Shown here piece by piece: positions 29,861 to 40,733 of a DNA stretch of 64,000 nt. A program made the translations under genes and the position numbers. The stretch covers positions 800,001 through 864,000 of the forward strand of contig CAXXLF010000001.1 in NCBI GenBank assembly GCA_963664015.2, written 5' to 3'. Positions within the stretch are counted from its first letter, which is position 1. Every line of letters starts with the position of its first letter. The notes beneath the pieces are model-generated. The model was not told where the DNA came from. It saw only the letters and a list, made by a program, of their open reading frames with translations, and searched no databases. The DNA comes from Candidatus Binatia bacterium. GTDB lineage: Bacteria > Desulfobacterota > Binatia > UBA9968 > CAXXLF01.

Positions 29861-30085
29861 CTAGTTCAGTCCCATACCAATCACTAGACCGATCGCAATA
29901 CCCAGCGCAATAAATATAGACCCCACTACAATTCCCACAGCTATATTCTGTTCCGCTAACTGCTTCGACGTATCGAATGGAGTCATCTTGTCAAAGATCT
30001 TATAACCCATGAACATGAACCCCAGCGTTATCAAGGCGCCAACTATGGCGTACGCTAGGTTCAACAATGTGATGAAAATTTCCAT
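29861..30085 (-). CDS. DUF350-like small membrane protein
   Basis: GYKIFDKMTPFDTSKQL..NIAVGIVVGSIFI; two transmembrane segments. Confidence 0.7.
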   Translation of the reverse strand: MEIFITLLNLAYAIVGALITLGFMFMGYKIFDKMTPFDTSKQLAEQNIAVGIVVGSIFIALGIAIGLVIGMGLN

Positions 30086-30660
30086 TACCTCAACACCCCT
30101 TTGATCGTATGGATTTTTGCAACATAGCCAATGGTCTCTTTACTGTGTCGGCCTGTGACGTGAGGCAAAGTCTGCTCTATAGACCTCCACAAGTTGCGGC
30201 TCAGCCCCTTCTTCTTTGCAACCCTTTGTGCCTTAATAATATTGCCTTTGCCAGCGTTGAAAGACGCGAACATGAAATTAATGCGGTCTTGCCACGGGCG
30301 TTTGCCCTTCCACGCCTTCCACAGCGTCCTGTCATAATAAATCCCTGCAGCGATATTCCAACGTGGTTGTTCTCTCGTGCCTTTAATACTTGGGTTCTTC
30401 CTCCGAATTTCTTCAAAAGTCTTGGGCATAATTTGCATAACACCTAGTGCACCCACGCGTGATCTGGCTTTTGCTCGCAATCTCGATTCTGCAACAGCTT
30501 GAGCCTTGAAGTACTTCCAATCAAAACCTGGGCCAAAAAATCTCTTTGAATATTTTGAGAAATATTTATCATAGGTGACTACCCTGTTATATCGCTGAAA
30601 AGCGTGAGCGTAGTAGGGTATGAGCAGCAGTACAACTATGAGAACGAATCTTTTCATCAT
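30085..30660 (-). CDS. Lytic transglycosylase (SLT domain), secreted
   Basis: AQAVAES (catalytic Glu), GALGVMQIMP, ASFNAG, ETIGYV. Confidence 0.85.
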   Translation of the reverse strand: MMKRFVLIVVLLLIPYYAHAFQRYNRVVTYDKYFSKYSKRFFGPGFDWKYFKAQAVAESRLRAKARSRVGALGVMQIMPKTFEEIRRKNPSIKGTREQPRWNIAAGIYYDRTLWKAWKGKRPWQDRINFMFASFNAGKGNIIKAQRVAKKKGLSRNLWRSIEQTLPHVTGRHSKETIGYVAKIHTIKGVLR

Positions 30661-31214
30661 TGTTTTTTCTTCAGACGTTGTTCGCCTTCTGCCACCGAGC
30701 CGGTAGGGTCATACCCGTGCTCATCTCGTGTCTCCTCAAGATGGCTTCCTTCGTTCCCCCCTCCGTTGGCCTCACATTACGCTAGAAGCCACTCAATGAT
30801 AGGGGAGGCTCATGCTTATTAGTCTGTGACTAAGAGACCAATATCACAGGGGGAAGGGTTGTCAACCATTCCAGCATGCAATTAAACGACGCTTTAATTG
30901 CGTTTGGCGCCATTTGGCCGGCTAAATTTGCTGGGTTTGGGTTGTCGTGGCTAACCACTACTCCTCTAAGAGAAAAGCATTGGTCCGAGATAGAGGCCGA
31001 TCATAAAGCAGAGCCAGCCAAGGATAGGCCTTTCTGCCCACTTAAGCCCGATCAGAACCAAACTCATTTAGTGTCACTTCTAGGTGGGCTAGGACCCGTT
31101 CTGGGCATGGATTTGCTCTGCATCAGGCCGCCAGGACGCAATTAATGAGCGAATGAATTGCGTCTTATACGGTTTTGGAGAAGAAAACGGCGGCATGGTC
31201 TGGACCGCCGCCAG

Positions 31215-31394
31215 TATAGTCATAGTAGTATCCAGATCACAGTGGACACCTACGGTCACCTAGTCCCCGGAGGCAACAGACAGGCCGTTGATAAGCTAGA
31301 TGACGTGGAACAAGGGACAGAACTGGTAGAGACTGAACAGGGTGGGCACAAAATGGTCACAGAGCAGCTTGATAGAATGGCAGATGATGCGTAA
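31215..31394 (+). pseudogene. Tyrosine integrase C-terminal remnant
   Basis: HSSIQITVDTYGHLVPGGNRQAVDKLD (box II with catalytic Tyr), ending 14 nt from the tRNA 3' end. Confidence 0.75.
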
Positions 31395-31408
31395 GCCATT
31401 GAAAGATA

Positions 31409-31485
31409 TGGTGCGCCCGGAGGGATTCGAACCCCCGACCTACAGATTCGAAGTCTGCCGCTCTATCCAACTGAGCTACGGGCGC
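31409..31485 (-). tRNA. tRNA-Arg (anticodon TCG), CCA encoded
   Basis: Reverse complement GCGCCCGTAGCTCAGTTGGATAGAGCGGCAGACTTCGAATCTGTAGGTCGGGGGTTCGAATCCCTCCGGGCGCACCA folds as a cloverleaf. Confidence 0.97.
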
Positions 31486-31495
31486 GTGGTGAGAA

Positions 31496-32070
31496 TTAGA
31501 GGGTTTCTTCCTTGTATATAAGGTCCCAGTTTTTCTTTCCTGGATTCAACCGTTTGACCTGATCAAACGCCCGGAAGACTTCCTTCACCCCCCGCAGCCC
31601 GCGCTGTTCCCGGAGGATCTTGAAGAGGTATTCTCCCCTCTTCACACGATACACCTGACCACCCTGCGGCTCATTGTCGATTCGATGCTGAGGATCTCAT
31701 CGGGTTGAATGGGGATAAAGAGCAGGTCTCCAACTCTGAGAATATTGGGATCCTTGATCTGAGGATTCAGGGAACCGACCAGGACCACGTAACGCCGGAA
31801 GTCCTGTCCCGAAAGCCCCTGCTCATTTACGAGGATCCGCCACAGGGTATCCCCTGGAACGATTTGTCGTTCCTTTCCCTGAATCGACCGGCCCTCGTGC
31901 TCACGCTCCTTGACGGTCTTACGCAAGTGGATGGTCGCTCGACCCTGGGAAATATAGTTGTCCGGTGTCTCCTGGCCCAAACCGGGGTCCATCCAGACCA
32001 GGCTGATTAGCACTACAAGTACCCAACCATACGGCTTTTTCCAACGATTCGTTCTCATTGAACCTTCCAT
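31496..32070 (-). pseudogene. LysM-domain protein, frameshifted and truncated
   Basis: PGDTLWRIL..LNPQIKDPNILRVGDLLFIP; a second LysM (YRVKRGEYLFKIL..LNP) is in another frame and stops at 31496. Confidence 0.65.
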
Positions 32071-33467
32071 AAGGTCCCTCCTGGAGTATCTTCGAGGGTA
32101 ATCCCCTTGTCCTTCAACTCATTGCGAATCCGATCGGCCTCATCCCACCGCTTATTATTGCGGGCGGCATTTCGCTGGCGTATCAACTCTTCAATATTCT
32201 GGGCAGAAATGCCATGACTCTGCAGCCAACGTTCGTTTTTCCTGTCACGAAAGGTGTCGGGCTCTCCTTGCAATATACCGAGAACCTCACCGACCTGTTT
32301 CAATTGGGCCAGCCGGGTCGCCAGCCCCTTGGTCTCTCCCCGGTCCAGCAAGCGATTAAGCGAGTGGACCTCCTCGAACATCAACGCCAACGCCCGGGGG
32401 GTATTGAAATCGTCGTCAATCTCCTTGCGGAACTCGTCCAAGAGCCCGGCCTTCACCGGCTCGGACCCATTGGATTCGGGCAGCTGGTTCATTCGATCCA
32501 CAGTCTCATAGATTCGTTCCACGGCCTTTTCCGCTTCCTGCAACCCCTGGTACGAGAAGTCCAACGGGCTCCGGTAGTGGCTGGTCAGAATATAATGCCG
32601 CAGAGCTCCGGCATCGAACTGTTCGAGGATTTCCTGAATGGTGTAGGTGTTGCCCAAAGACTTGGACATCTTCTCCTGATTGATATTGACGAAGCCGTTA
32701 TGAATCCAATAGCGGGCAAAAGGTAGATCGCAGGCCCCTTCCGACTGGGCAATCTCATTCTCATGATGAGGGAAGACCAGATCCACTCCCCCACCGTGAA
32801 TATCGAACGGTTGCCCAAGATACTTGACGCTCATGGCAGAGCACTCGATATGCCATCCGGGCCGCCCATGACCCCAAGGGCTCTTCCAGGAAGGCTCACC
32901 TTCCTTACTCTTCTTCCATAGGGCGAAATCCATTGGGTGCTTCTTGCGTTCGTCCACATCAACTCGAACCCCCGCTTGCAACTCCTCAAGCTTCCGGCCA
33001 GACAGCTTACCGTAGGGAGCAAACCGGTCCCCGGAAAAAAAAACATCGCCATCCACCGGATAGGCTAGGCCCTTCGATTCAAGCCGGCTGATCAGATCGA
33101 TCATCTCGGGGACATTATCCGTAGCCTTCGGTTCGTGATCCGGCGGGATCAGTCCCATAGCGTCGCTATCACGATGAAATTCTTCAATATACCGCCCAGC
33201 GATGGTCTGTGGCGCTACTCCTTCTGTTTCGGCCCGATGAATAATCTTGTCGTCTATATCCGTGAAGTTACGCACAAAAGTGACCTGGTAGCCGAGGAAT
33301 TTAAGGTAGCGCAGGACGAGGTCAAAGGTTATTAATGCCCGTGCATGCCCCACATGGCACTGGTCGTATACCGTAACCCCGCAGACATACATCTTCACCT
33401 CCCCTTTGCTGAGGGGGGCAAATTCCTCCTTTTTGCGGGAAAGGGTGTTATAGATGGTCAGGGACAT
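32055..33467 (-). CDS. cysS: Cysteine--tRNA ligase
   Basis: MYVCGVTVYD, HVGH, GRPGWHIECSAM, DIHGGG, KMSKSLGN. Confidence 0.97.
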   Translation of the reverse strand: MSLTIYNTLSRKKEEFAPLSKGEVKMYVCGVTVYDQCHVGHARALITFDLVLRYLKFLGYQVTFVRNFTDIDDKIIHRAETEGVAPQTIAGRYIEEFHRDSDAMGLIPPDHEPKATDNVPEMIDLISRLESKGLAYPVDGDVFFSGDRFAPYGKLSGRKLEELQAGVRVDVDERKKHPMDFALWKKSKEGEPSWKSPWGHGRPGWHIECSAMSVKYLGQPFDIHGGGVDLVFPHHENEIAQSEGACDLPFARYWIHNGFVNINQEKMSKSLGNTYTIQEILEQFDAGALRHYILTSHYRSPLDFSYQGLQEAEKAVERIYETVDRMNQLPESNGSEPVKAGLLDEFRKEIDDDFNTPRALALMFEEVHSLNRLLDRGETKGLATRLAQLKQVGEVLGILQGEPDTFRDRKNERWLQSHGISAQNIEELIRQRNAARNNKRWDEADRIRNELKDKGITLEDTPGGTLWKVQ

Positions 33468-33572
33468 GTATTATTGTTCCCTTATATTACGTATAACTCC
33501 CTAATTTATCAAGTGTGATCATGCATCCCGACCCGTGACCGGTTGCGCAAGGAGCCAAAAAGGCTTACAGAG

Positions 33573-35231
33573 ATGCCCATGAATCACCAAAAACCTCATC
33601 ACGACCTAAGGGAATTGATTCAGGTACTCGAGGAAAACGGCAAGCTCTTCCGGATCCAGAAGGAAATAAACAAGGACACTGAGCTGCAACCTCTAGTTCG
33701 CTGGCAATTTAGAGGCTTGGGGGAAGCGGATCGCAAAGCCTTCCTATTCGAGAAAGTCACGGATTCTAAAGGGAAACATTATCAGGGCTCGGTTCTCGTC
33801 GGTGGACTTGCCGGCTCGGCTGCCATTTACTGTCTGGGGTTGGGATGCCAGCCTGAAGAGGTTCCCGATCGGTGGCTGCATGCCATGGAGCACTGCATAG
33901 AGCCCGAAATTGTAAGCCGCGGCCCTGTCATGGAAGAGATTCATAAAGGTGCAGATCTTCTTTCCCACGGTGGCCTAAGTGAATTTCCCATACCCATCTC
34001 CACCCCAGGCTTCGATAATGGTCCGTACATCACGGCAGGCCACTGGATCACCAAGGACCCGGTAACGAAACAGAGAAACATGGGCAACTACCGCGGCCTG
34101 ATCAAAGGACCCGCCCTGGCGGGACTTTGGGCAGGTACTCCTCAGGACATCTCGCGCCACTGGGAGGAGTGCAGAAAAAGGGGGATCCCGCTTGAAGTAG
34201 CCGTGGCGGTGGGGACCGTCCCAGTTATCTCCTACACGGCCACACAGAAGGTTCCACCGGACATGGATGAATTGGCCTTAGCGGGAGGGCTGGCCGGTGA
34301 ACCCATCCAGATGGTTCGCTGCCAAACCGTGGACCTGGAAGTCCCGGCGACCGCGGAAGTCGTCATTGAGGGAAGGATTCCCACTCGCTATCTGGAGGAG
34401 GAGGGTCCCTTCGGGGAGTCCATGGGCTATGTCGATCCGCGTACCTTAAGCCCATTTCTTGAAGTCACGTGCGTGATGCACAGAAAAAATCCCGTCTGGG
34501 TATCCATCATAAGCCAGGTGACCCCCAGTGAGAGTTCCAAAATCAAGGCTATGGGGATGGCGACGTTGATCCACCGATATCTGTTACAAAAAGGCTTCAG
34601 TAGCGTGCTCGAGGTCTCCTTGATGGAGCCGCTGGTGAACCTACGCCCATACGTCGTTCTCAGGATGGAGAAGAGAGACGACAAGGATCCCTCGGCGGCC
34701 ATGGACGCACTGCTCGGTTACGGTGACAGGGTTGGAAAGTTCGTCATCGCCGTAGATGACGACATCAATCCCCATGATCCCGTGGCCGTAACCTGGGCCA
34801 TCACGCACAGGTCTCAGCCCCACAAGGACGTGCGCATCGTGGGCGATCGACCCTTCGGCGCAACTCCCATTGGGATGCTGGTAAGCCACCCGACCAGCCG
34901 CTATGACAAGATGGAGTCATCCCTGTTGATCGACGCGACCCGAAAAGCTGACTTCCCCCCGCTCTCTCTTCCCAAAAAGGAGTATATGGAACGAGCCAGG
35001 GTGATCTGGGAGGAACTGGGACTACCCAAGCTGGAGGTTCAGGAACCCTGGTACGGTTATCTCATGGGCCTTTGGCCCGAAGAACTCGATACGGAGGCCC
35101 AACTGGCGGCACAAGGGGAAGTTGAAAAGATTGGAGAGAAACTGAGGGCGACCCGGTTGGAAGTGGGTGAAGGAGAGTCGCTCGGTTCCATGCGTGATAA
35201 GTGGGCGCGCACTCACTCGGGCAGGTCCTAG
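33573..35231 (+). CDS. UbiD-family decarboxylase (third paralogue, distinct clade)
   Basis: DLRELI, ISTPGFDNGPY, NMGNYR, EGPFGESMGY, VDDDINP, IDATRK. Confidence 0.88.
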   Translation: MPMNHQKPHHDLRELIQVLEENGKLFRIQKEINKDTELQPLVRWQFRGLGEADRKAFLFEKVTDSKGKHYQGSVLVGGLAGSAAIYCLGLGCQPEEVPDRWLHAMEHCIEPEIVSRGPVMEEIHKGADLLSHGGLSEFPIPISTPGFDNGPYITAGHWITKDPVTKQRNMGNYRGLIKGPALAGLWAGTPQDISRHWEECRKRGIPLEVAVAVGTVPVISYTATQKVPPDMDELALAGGLAGEPIQMVRCQTVDLEVPATAEVVIEGRIPTRYLEEEGPFGESMGYVDPRTLSPFLEVTCVMHRKNPVWVSIISQVTPSESSKIKAMGMATLIHRYLLQKGFSSVLEVSLMEPLVNLRPYVVLRMEKRDDKDPSAAMDALLGYGDRVGKFVIAVDDDINPHDPVAVTWAITHRSQPHKDVRIVGDRPFGATPIGMLVSHPTSRYDKMESSLLIDATRKADFPPLSLPKKEYMERARVIWEELGLPKLEVQEPWYGYLMGLWPEELDTEAQLAAQGEVEKIGEKLRATRLEVGEGESLGSMRDKWARTHSGRS

Positions 35232-35275
35232 CATCGCTCCCCATCGCCGGTGAATCAACCAGTTCAAATTGCCCC

Positions 35276-36199
35276 ATGATCGTTGAAGCCAGTTCCGTCT
35301 CCAAGAGCTTCGGTCAACGATTGGCCGTGGATCGGATCAGCCTCCAAATCCCTCCGGGTGTCTGCTATGGCCTGCTGGGTCCCAATGGGGCGGGAAAAAC
35401 GACCACCCTTCGGATGATCTACGGTGTTACGCGCCCTACCACCGGAAGGATCCTGGTCTTCGGGATCGACATTGCCTCCGATCCACGGGCCGTCAAGGCC
35501 CGCATCGGTGTAACTTTACAACAAAACATTTTCATCGAGGTCCTTTCACCAGTAGAAAACCTGCGCGTGTTCGGCCGCCACCACCTTCTAAGTGAGTCAG
35601 AGATTTCGCGCCGGGTGGAAGAGCTTCTCGACTTCCTTGAGCTAAGTAGCCATGCCCATTTACCGGCCCGGTTCCTGTCCGGCGGCCTGCAGCGAAGGCT
35701 CGCCATTGCCCTCTCCCTCATCAACCGACCTGAACTTCTAATCCTCGATGAACCGACGACAGGTTTGGACCTGGCCGTACGCCTCGCCCTGTGGTCTCGA
35801 ATCCGCGACCTGCAGGCCAAGGGAACGACCGTGCTTTTAACCACCCCCTATATGGACGAAGCCCAGAGGCTCTGCGACCGCGTGGCCATCATCTCCAATG
35901 GCCGGGTCGTCGATGAAGGCAAGCCCGCGGATCTGATCTTGAGCCATCTGGCCCGTGAGGCGGTCGAACTTGACTGCACGCCCGAGGACGAAGCATCTTT
36001 CCTTGACGGCAGTGGTTCGGCCAGGACAAGCATGCGATCCGGTCGGCGTATCACGACCTACGTAGATGATGCTGCCCCTCTGGTCGACCAAATCCGCGCC
36101 CGAGACCCCGAAGATCGGCGCGCCCTCGTGGTACGACCGACCAATCTCGAAGACGCATTCTTGGCCGTGACGGGGAACACACTGGAGGGTTCATCGTGA
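35276..36199 (+). CDS. ABC-2 exporter ATP-binding protein (NodI-like), H-loop altered
   Basis: GPNGAGKTT, LSGG, LILDEPTTGLD; TTPYMDEA where TTHYMDEA is usual. Confidence 0.8.
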   Translation: MIVEASSVSKSFGQRLAVDRISLQIPPGVCYGLLGPNGAGKTTTLRMIYGVTRPTTGRILVFGIDIASDPRAVKARIGVTLQQNIFIEVLSPVENLRVFGRHHLLSESEISRRVEELLDFLELSSHAHLPARFLSGGLQRRLAIALSLINRPELLILDEPTTGLDLAVRLALWSRIRDLQAKGTTVLLTTPYMDEAQRLCDRVAIISNGRVVDEGKPADLILSHLAREAVELDCTPEDEASFLDGSGSARTSMRSGRRITTYVDDAAPLVDQIRARDPEDRRALVVRPTNLEDAFLAVTGNTLEGSS

Positions 36200-36963
36200 G
36201 CCTATCGGTTCCCCACGCGCTATCCGTTTGGAGACGCAATGCCGCCATGTACCGTCACACATAAAAATGGAACCTCTTCCCCAACTTCTTTGAGCCTGTG
36301 CTCTACCTGGTCTAAATAGGCATTGGCGTCGGCGCGTATATTAACCAGATGGGTGGGACCTCATACGTCGCCTTTCTCGTTCCGGGCCTGATTTGCGTAG
36401 CAGCAATGAACGGGGCGAGTTTTGAAGTGACCTACAACATCTTTGTACGACTCAATTACGAAAAGGCCTACGATGCCATGCTCACAACCCCCGTCGAGCC
36501 CGATGACGTCTTGTGCGGCGAGGTTCTGTGGGCCGTCACGCGTTCGTCCATCTACGGTGGGTGCTTTTTCATCGTCCCGACCCTAGCAGGACAGGCACCC
36601 CTTCCCACCGCCCTGCTGGTCCTGCCACTGATTCCTCTGGCTGGTTTGCTGTTCGCTGCTATCGGCCTCGCCTTCTCGGTCAGGATACCCAATATTGACC
36701 TATTCAGTTTCTACTTTACCCTGTTCCTGACTCCACTCTTTCTATTCTCGGACGTCTTCTTCCCCATCAATGAGCGTCTGTCAGGTGGCTGGCTCTGGGC
36801 GGCCGAGATTCTGCCGCTCCTCCATCCCGTGCGGCTAGTCCGCTTCATCTTTCGTGGTGATCCCTACTCCGTTGCCTTATGGGACCTAGCCTACACACTC
36901 GGGATGTCGGCACTGCCCATTATCTGGGCCCGCCGCGGTTTACACCGGAGGTTAAAGAACTAA
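36196..36963 (+). pseudogene. ABC-2 permease (NodJ-like) with in-frame TAA at 36262 and 36313
   Basis: GTG overlaps the ATPase stop; WRRNAAMYRHT*KWNLFPNFFEPVLYLV*IGIG..YVAFLVPG. Confidence 0.75.
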
Positions 36964-37037
36964 CGAGACCGAAATTCAGCCTGAACGCATCACGTAGGAA
37001 TTTACATCATCGCAGTTATATGGGAGGTTCAACACCT

Positions 37038-38426
37038 ATGGGATTAACACACGAAGTCGCTGCCTTTGTTCAAGAGAGCCAGTACAAGTCCATACCCGAG
37101 CCGGTAATCCAAATCGCCAAAGGATTTATCCTCGATGGTCTGGCGGTGATCCTGGCAGGTACCACCGAAAAAAGCGCCAAGATCCTTCATCGCCAGGTCG
37201 GCAGCATGGAAGGGAAAGCCGAGTGCACTATCCTCGGCACCGGGCGTAAGGCACCTGCACCCAAAGCAGCCTTGCTCAACGGCGTCGCTGGGCACGCGAT
37301 GGATTACGACGACACTCAGCTCTCTACTTCCAAGGAGGGAGTCTACGGCCTGCTGACTCACCCCACTGTACCGGTTCTGGCCGCTGCCCTGGCAACAGGC
37401 GAGCAGCTGAAGGTTCCCGGTAAGGGACTCCTCCTGTCCTATATTGTCGGTGTCGAGGTCGAGTGCCGGATTGCCGATGCCATCTCACCACGCCACTATC
37501 AGTCGGGATTTCACTCGACCGCAACAATAGGAGGACTCGGCGCCGCCATGTCCGTGGGAAAATTGCTCAAACTCAAAGTGGAGCCACTGGAGCGCACCCT
37601 GGGGATAGCTGGCAGTATGGCGTCCGGGTTGAGGGAAAACTTCGGCACCATGACAAAGCCCCTTCACGCCGGGCGATCCGCTGAGAACGGCGTCACGGCC
37701 GCTAACCTGGCCAAATTGGGATTTACCGCAGCGCCTAATATCCTCGAAGCCAAGCGGGGCTTCTTCAACGCCATGGCCGGGGGATTTGATGAGACAAAGA
37801 TCGCAGGCCGCCTCGGACAACCCTATTTTATGCAAGAGCCCGGGATATCCATCAAACCGTATCCATCAGGATCGCTGTCCCATCCAGCCCAGGATCTCAT
37901 CCTGGACATGGTCAATGAACATGGGATCAACGCCAGCGACATTGAAGCTATCGACGTTGGAACCAATTCGAACGTTCCCAATGCGCTGATCTACCCCATG
38001 CCGACAACCGCCCTGCAAGGTAAATTCAGCATCCCTTTTTGCATGGCGATCGGGGTCCTCGAGAGAAAGGCAGGCATTGCTCAGTTCCGCGACAGTAAAA
38101 CCCGGCAACCGAAGGTTGTCGACATGATGAAGCGCGTCACCCTCTACGTGGACGAGGAGATGGAAGCCCTGGGCTACGATCAGGTCCGCTGTCGTATTCG
38201 CATCAAACTCAAGGACGGAAGAACCGTAGAAGGAAGGGCCGATGTCGCCAAGGGACACCCCTTGAAGCCCATGAGTTGGGAAGAGTTGAGTGAAAAATTC
38301 CGTGACTGTGGGAGCCTGGTCCTTCCCCGCCAAAAGGTCGATCAAGCCATCGATCTCGTTGGACAACTGGAACACGAGCGGAACATCTTGCCATTAATCC
38401 GCCTTTTGGCAGGAGGGAAGAGATAA
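37038..38426 (+). CDS. MmgE/PrpD family protein
   Basis: NGVAGHAMDYDD, HPTVP, GFHST, GTMTKPLHAG, IKPYP, KFSIP, KGHP. Confidence 0.9.
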   Translation: MGLTHEVAAFVQESQYKSIPEPVIQIAKGFILDGLAVILAGTTEKSAKILHRQVGSMEGKAECTILGTGRKAPAPKAALLNGVAGHAMDYDDTQLSTSKEGVYGLLTHPTVPVLAAALATGEQLKVPGKGLLLSYIVGVEVECRIADAISPRHYQSGFHSTATIGGLGAAMSVGKLLKLKVEPLERTLGIAGSMASGLRENFGTMTKPLHAGRSAENGVTAANLAKLGFTAAPNILEAKRGFFNAMAGGFDETKIAGRLGQPYFMQEPGISIKPYPSGSLSHPAQDLILDMVNEHGINASDIEAIDVGTNSNVPNALIYPMPTTALQGKFSIPFCMAIGVLERKAGIAQFRDSKTRQPKVVDMMKRVTLYVDEEMEALGYDQVRCRIRIKLKDGRTVEGRADVAKGHPLKPMSWEELSEKFRDCGSLVLPRQKVDQAIDLVGQLEHERNILPLIRLLAGGKR

Positions 38427-38512
38427 CGTCCTGCTGTTGATCCGCCGCTGCGAAATCGGCCGCTAATCGACAGGGTGATGGGTGCGGAATTGAGAGTTAC
38501 CAGATCTTGTGA

Positions 38513-39135
38513 TCAGTCCGCAACAAAGCAATAGAGAAGCCCCGTGCCACCTGAGCCCTTCAGGTTCGCTGCGCTGCAGCCGCGCGAGTTATGCGAGGAA
38601 TTCCATGATTTCAACGACGCATCGCTACCACGACCCATACGATCGTGATGGCCGACTTTGGCGCTCCCCTCTCCGTTCTTGGTCCAGTTGCCGCAAGTCA
38701 TATCCTTGCCCGGCGGATAGGCCCGTCCGTCCGCAGTCGAGCCCGTCAGAATATAATGCTGGTTGACGACGAAATGACGGCCCGGAATACGCCGGCCGTT
38801 CTCGGAGCGACCGATCTCCACATTGATATTGTTTTTGTCGGAATGCAGCTCCTCTACATTAGCAGCAACCTGCACTCCCTCCATATTCACCCACGGACCC
38901 TTCCACATACGATCCCGTGCGTTGATTACCGGTTTGCCGCCAATGCCTGGCAGTGTTTATCAGCGCCTTCGATACCGCCAAAATTGGCACCATCAGGACC
39001 GCTCTTATTTGTGATAAAAAACGTCATTTCCGGAAATTGCGGTGGTCGTCTTCTCTGCGCCTCCGCTGAGCTACTCCATAGGAACGGTACTATTATCGCG
39101 GCAAATAAAATTGTGTAGGTTTTATTGAAAATCAT
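38513..39135 (-). pseudogene. Secreted lectin/endostatin-like protein, frameshifted
   Basis: Signal peptide plus MTFFIT..GANFGGIEGADKHCQALA; continues in another frame as GPWVN..ILTGS..TCGNWT..GHHDR..GLLYCF. Confidence 0.65.
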
Positions 39136-39332
39136 TTGTCTCCTTTGGATTGAATTTCGACCATCGGATGGCCCGGTGAGCGGTCCGAGAGCTAGGGTAC
39201 TGATAAGTAAACACCTAGAAGGGAGATCCTATTCCACCTCATGATGCAGTTCAACAGGGACTTTTCGTCAAATGCTTTTCCCCTCCCTAATAGGCCATCA
39301 AAACAGTCATTAGAGCAGGGCTATTCGCTGCG

Positions 39333-40223
39333 TCAACTGGCCTTCTCAACCCTGAGATTCATGATTCCGATGCCTTCAATCTCGAATTTGAGAGCATCAC
39401 CGGGCTTGAGCTCCTGCTGAAAATCCGGCGCGTCCGGGTTACCCGTCGAAATGAGGTCGCCAGGATACAGGGTCCCCACCTGGGAAAGAAAACTAACGAG
39501 TTCGGTGACTCCATTGATCATGGCATCGGTTTTCGCCGACTGCCGGATTTCACCGTTGACCCACAGACTCATGGAAAGGTCCTGTGGATTTGGAATCTCG
39601 TCCTTGGTGGTGATCCAGGGACCCACAGGACAAAAGGTATTGAACCCCTTGCGCACACATCGGCTCCCGATTAGGTTTTTTCCCGAACCGTAACCACGGG
39701 CGGTCACATCCAGGATGATGGTATAACCGAAGACGGCCTCAAGGGCGCGCTCCCTTGGTAGATCATGTGCCTCTTTTCCTATGACAACTCCGAGCTCGAG
39801 TTCCGGAAAGATCGACTCTGCGTTCTTTGGAATGATGATGGCCTGCTCGGGGCCGATCACTGATGAAGTCGGCTTGAGAAATATGGACTCGAGAAGATGT
39901 TCGGGAGGAACGTTTTCTGCAGCACCTCGCCCCTTGGACTCTCCGATGTCCGAGCTGCCCCGTTTATAATTACCAGCTGCGGCCCAGACCTTCGAAGGCT
40001 TTTCCACAGGAGTTTTAAGCTGTTTAGGATCGGGTTTTAAAATCTTGCCTTCTTTTAACGCTTTGGCAATAACCCCCTGAGCACGGTCAAAGTTCGTCAT
40101 CAGGTCGATCATGGACGCCCCCTTGGGCAGGACCCCCTCCCGGGACAGCGCCTCTCCTATGAGGACATACGCGTCGTCCTTAATAACGGCTAATTCATCT
40201 GGTTTTATTGAGGCAAATTTCAT
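39333..40223 (-). CDS. Fumarylacetoacetate hydrolase family protein
   Basis: AAGNY, FLKP, ELELGVVIG, GYTIILDVTAR, TFCPVGP, PGDLISTG. Confidence 0.9.
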   Translation of the reverse strand: MKFASIKPDELAVIKDDAYVLIGEALSREGVLPKGASMIDLMTNFDRAQGVIAKALKEGKILKPDPKQLKTPVEKPSKVWAAAGNYKRGSSDIGESKGRGAAENVPPEHLLESIFLKPTSSVIGPEQAIIIPKNAESIFPELELGVVIGKEAHDLPRERALEAVFGYTIILDVTARGYGSGKNLIGSRCVRKGFNTFCPVGPWITTKDEIPNPQDLSMSLWVNGEIRQSAKTDAMINGVTELVSFLSQVGTLYPGDLISTGNPDAPDFQQELKPGDALKFEIEGIGIMNLRVEKAS

Positions 40224-40274
40224 CTTTTACTCCTTTTTATTATTGTCTTGACTGATAGAATCTTAACGATAAAA

Positions 40275-40620
40275 TTCCAAAAAAGAAAACGACTCCCGCT
40301 AAGCCGCAAAGCACGCCAAGCTCGGAAAGAGTTATTAACCGCAGATATTCGCCGATGGACACAGAATGAAATCACTTTAATAGTATTACCGCAGAGGGCC
40401 CAGAGAATGGCCTTTTTTGTTTGTCGGGAGACGAGGACAAACAAAAAGTTGCTCAAATTAGAGCTGTGAATTTTTAGCCAATCGTCGTCTCCCGATTGGG
40501 TAAAAGGGATTCCCTTTGCGTACTCTGCCCTTCCGCCCATCGACAGGCTCAGGGTGGCGAGTTATCTCGAACCACAAGCTCAGGGTCCCGAGCCCACTCG
40601 AGGGACGACTCTGCGGTGAG
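40275..40620. repeat. Composite non-coding palindromic repeat cluster
   Basis: Recurrent ccgcaRag units, tttttgtttgtc/gacaaacaaaaa hairpin, gggagacga/tcgtctccc pair, duplicated gctcagggt. Confidence 0.45.
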
Positions 40621-40733
40621 ATGTCCGAATCCTTATCTACGATAATCGGCGAAAATCTACGGTTAAGTTATTAAAGATTTGATGAGTAGGATCCTAAGGG
40701 GAAAAGATACCGAATAAACCAAAACCAATCGAA

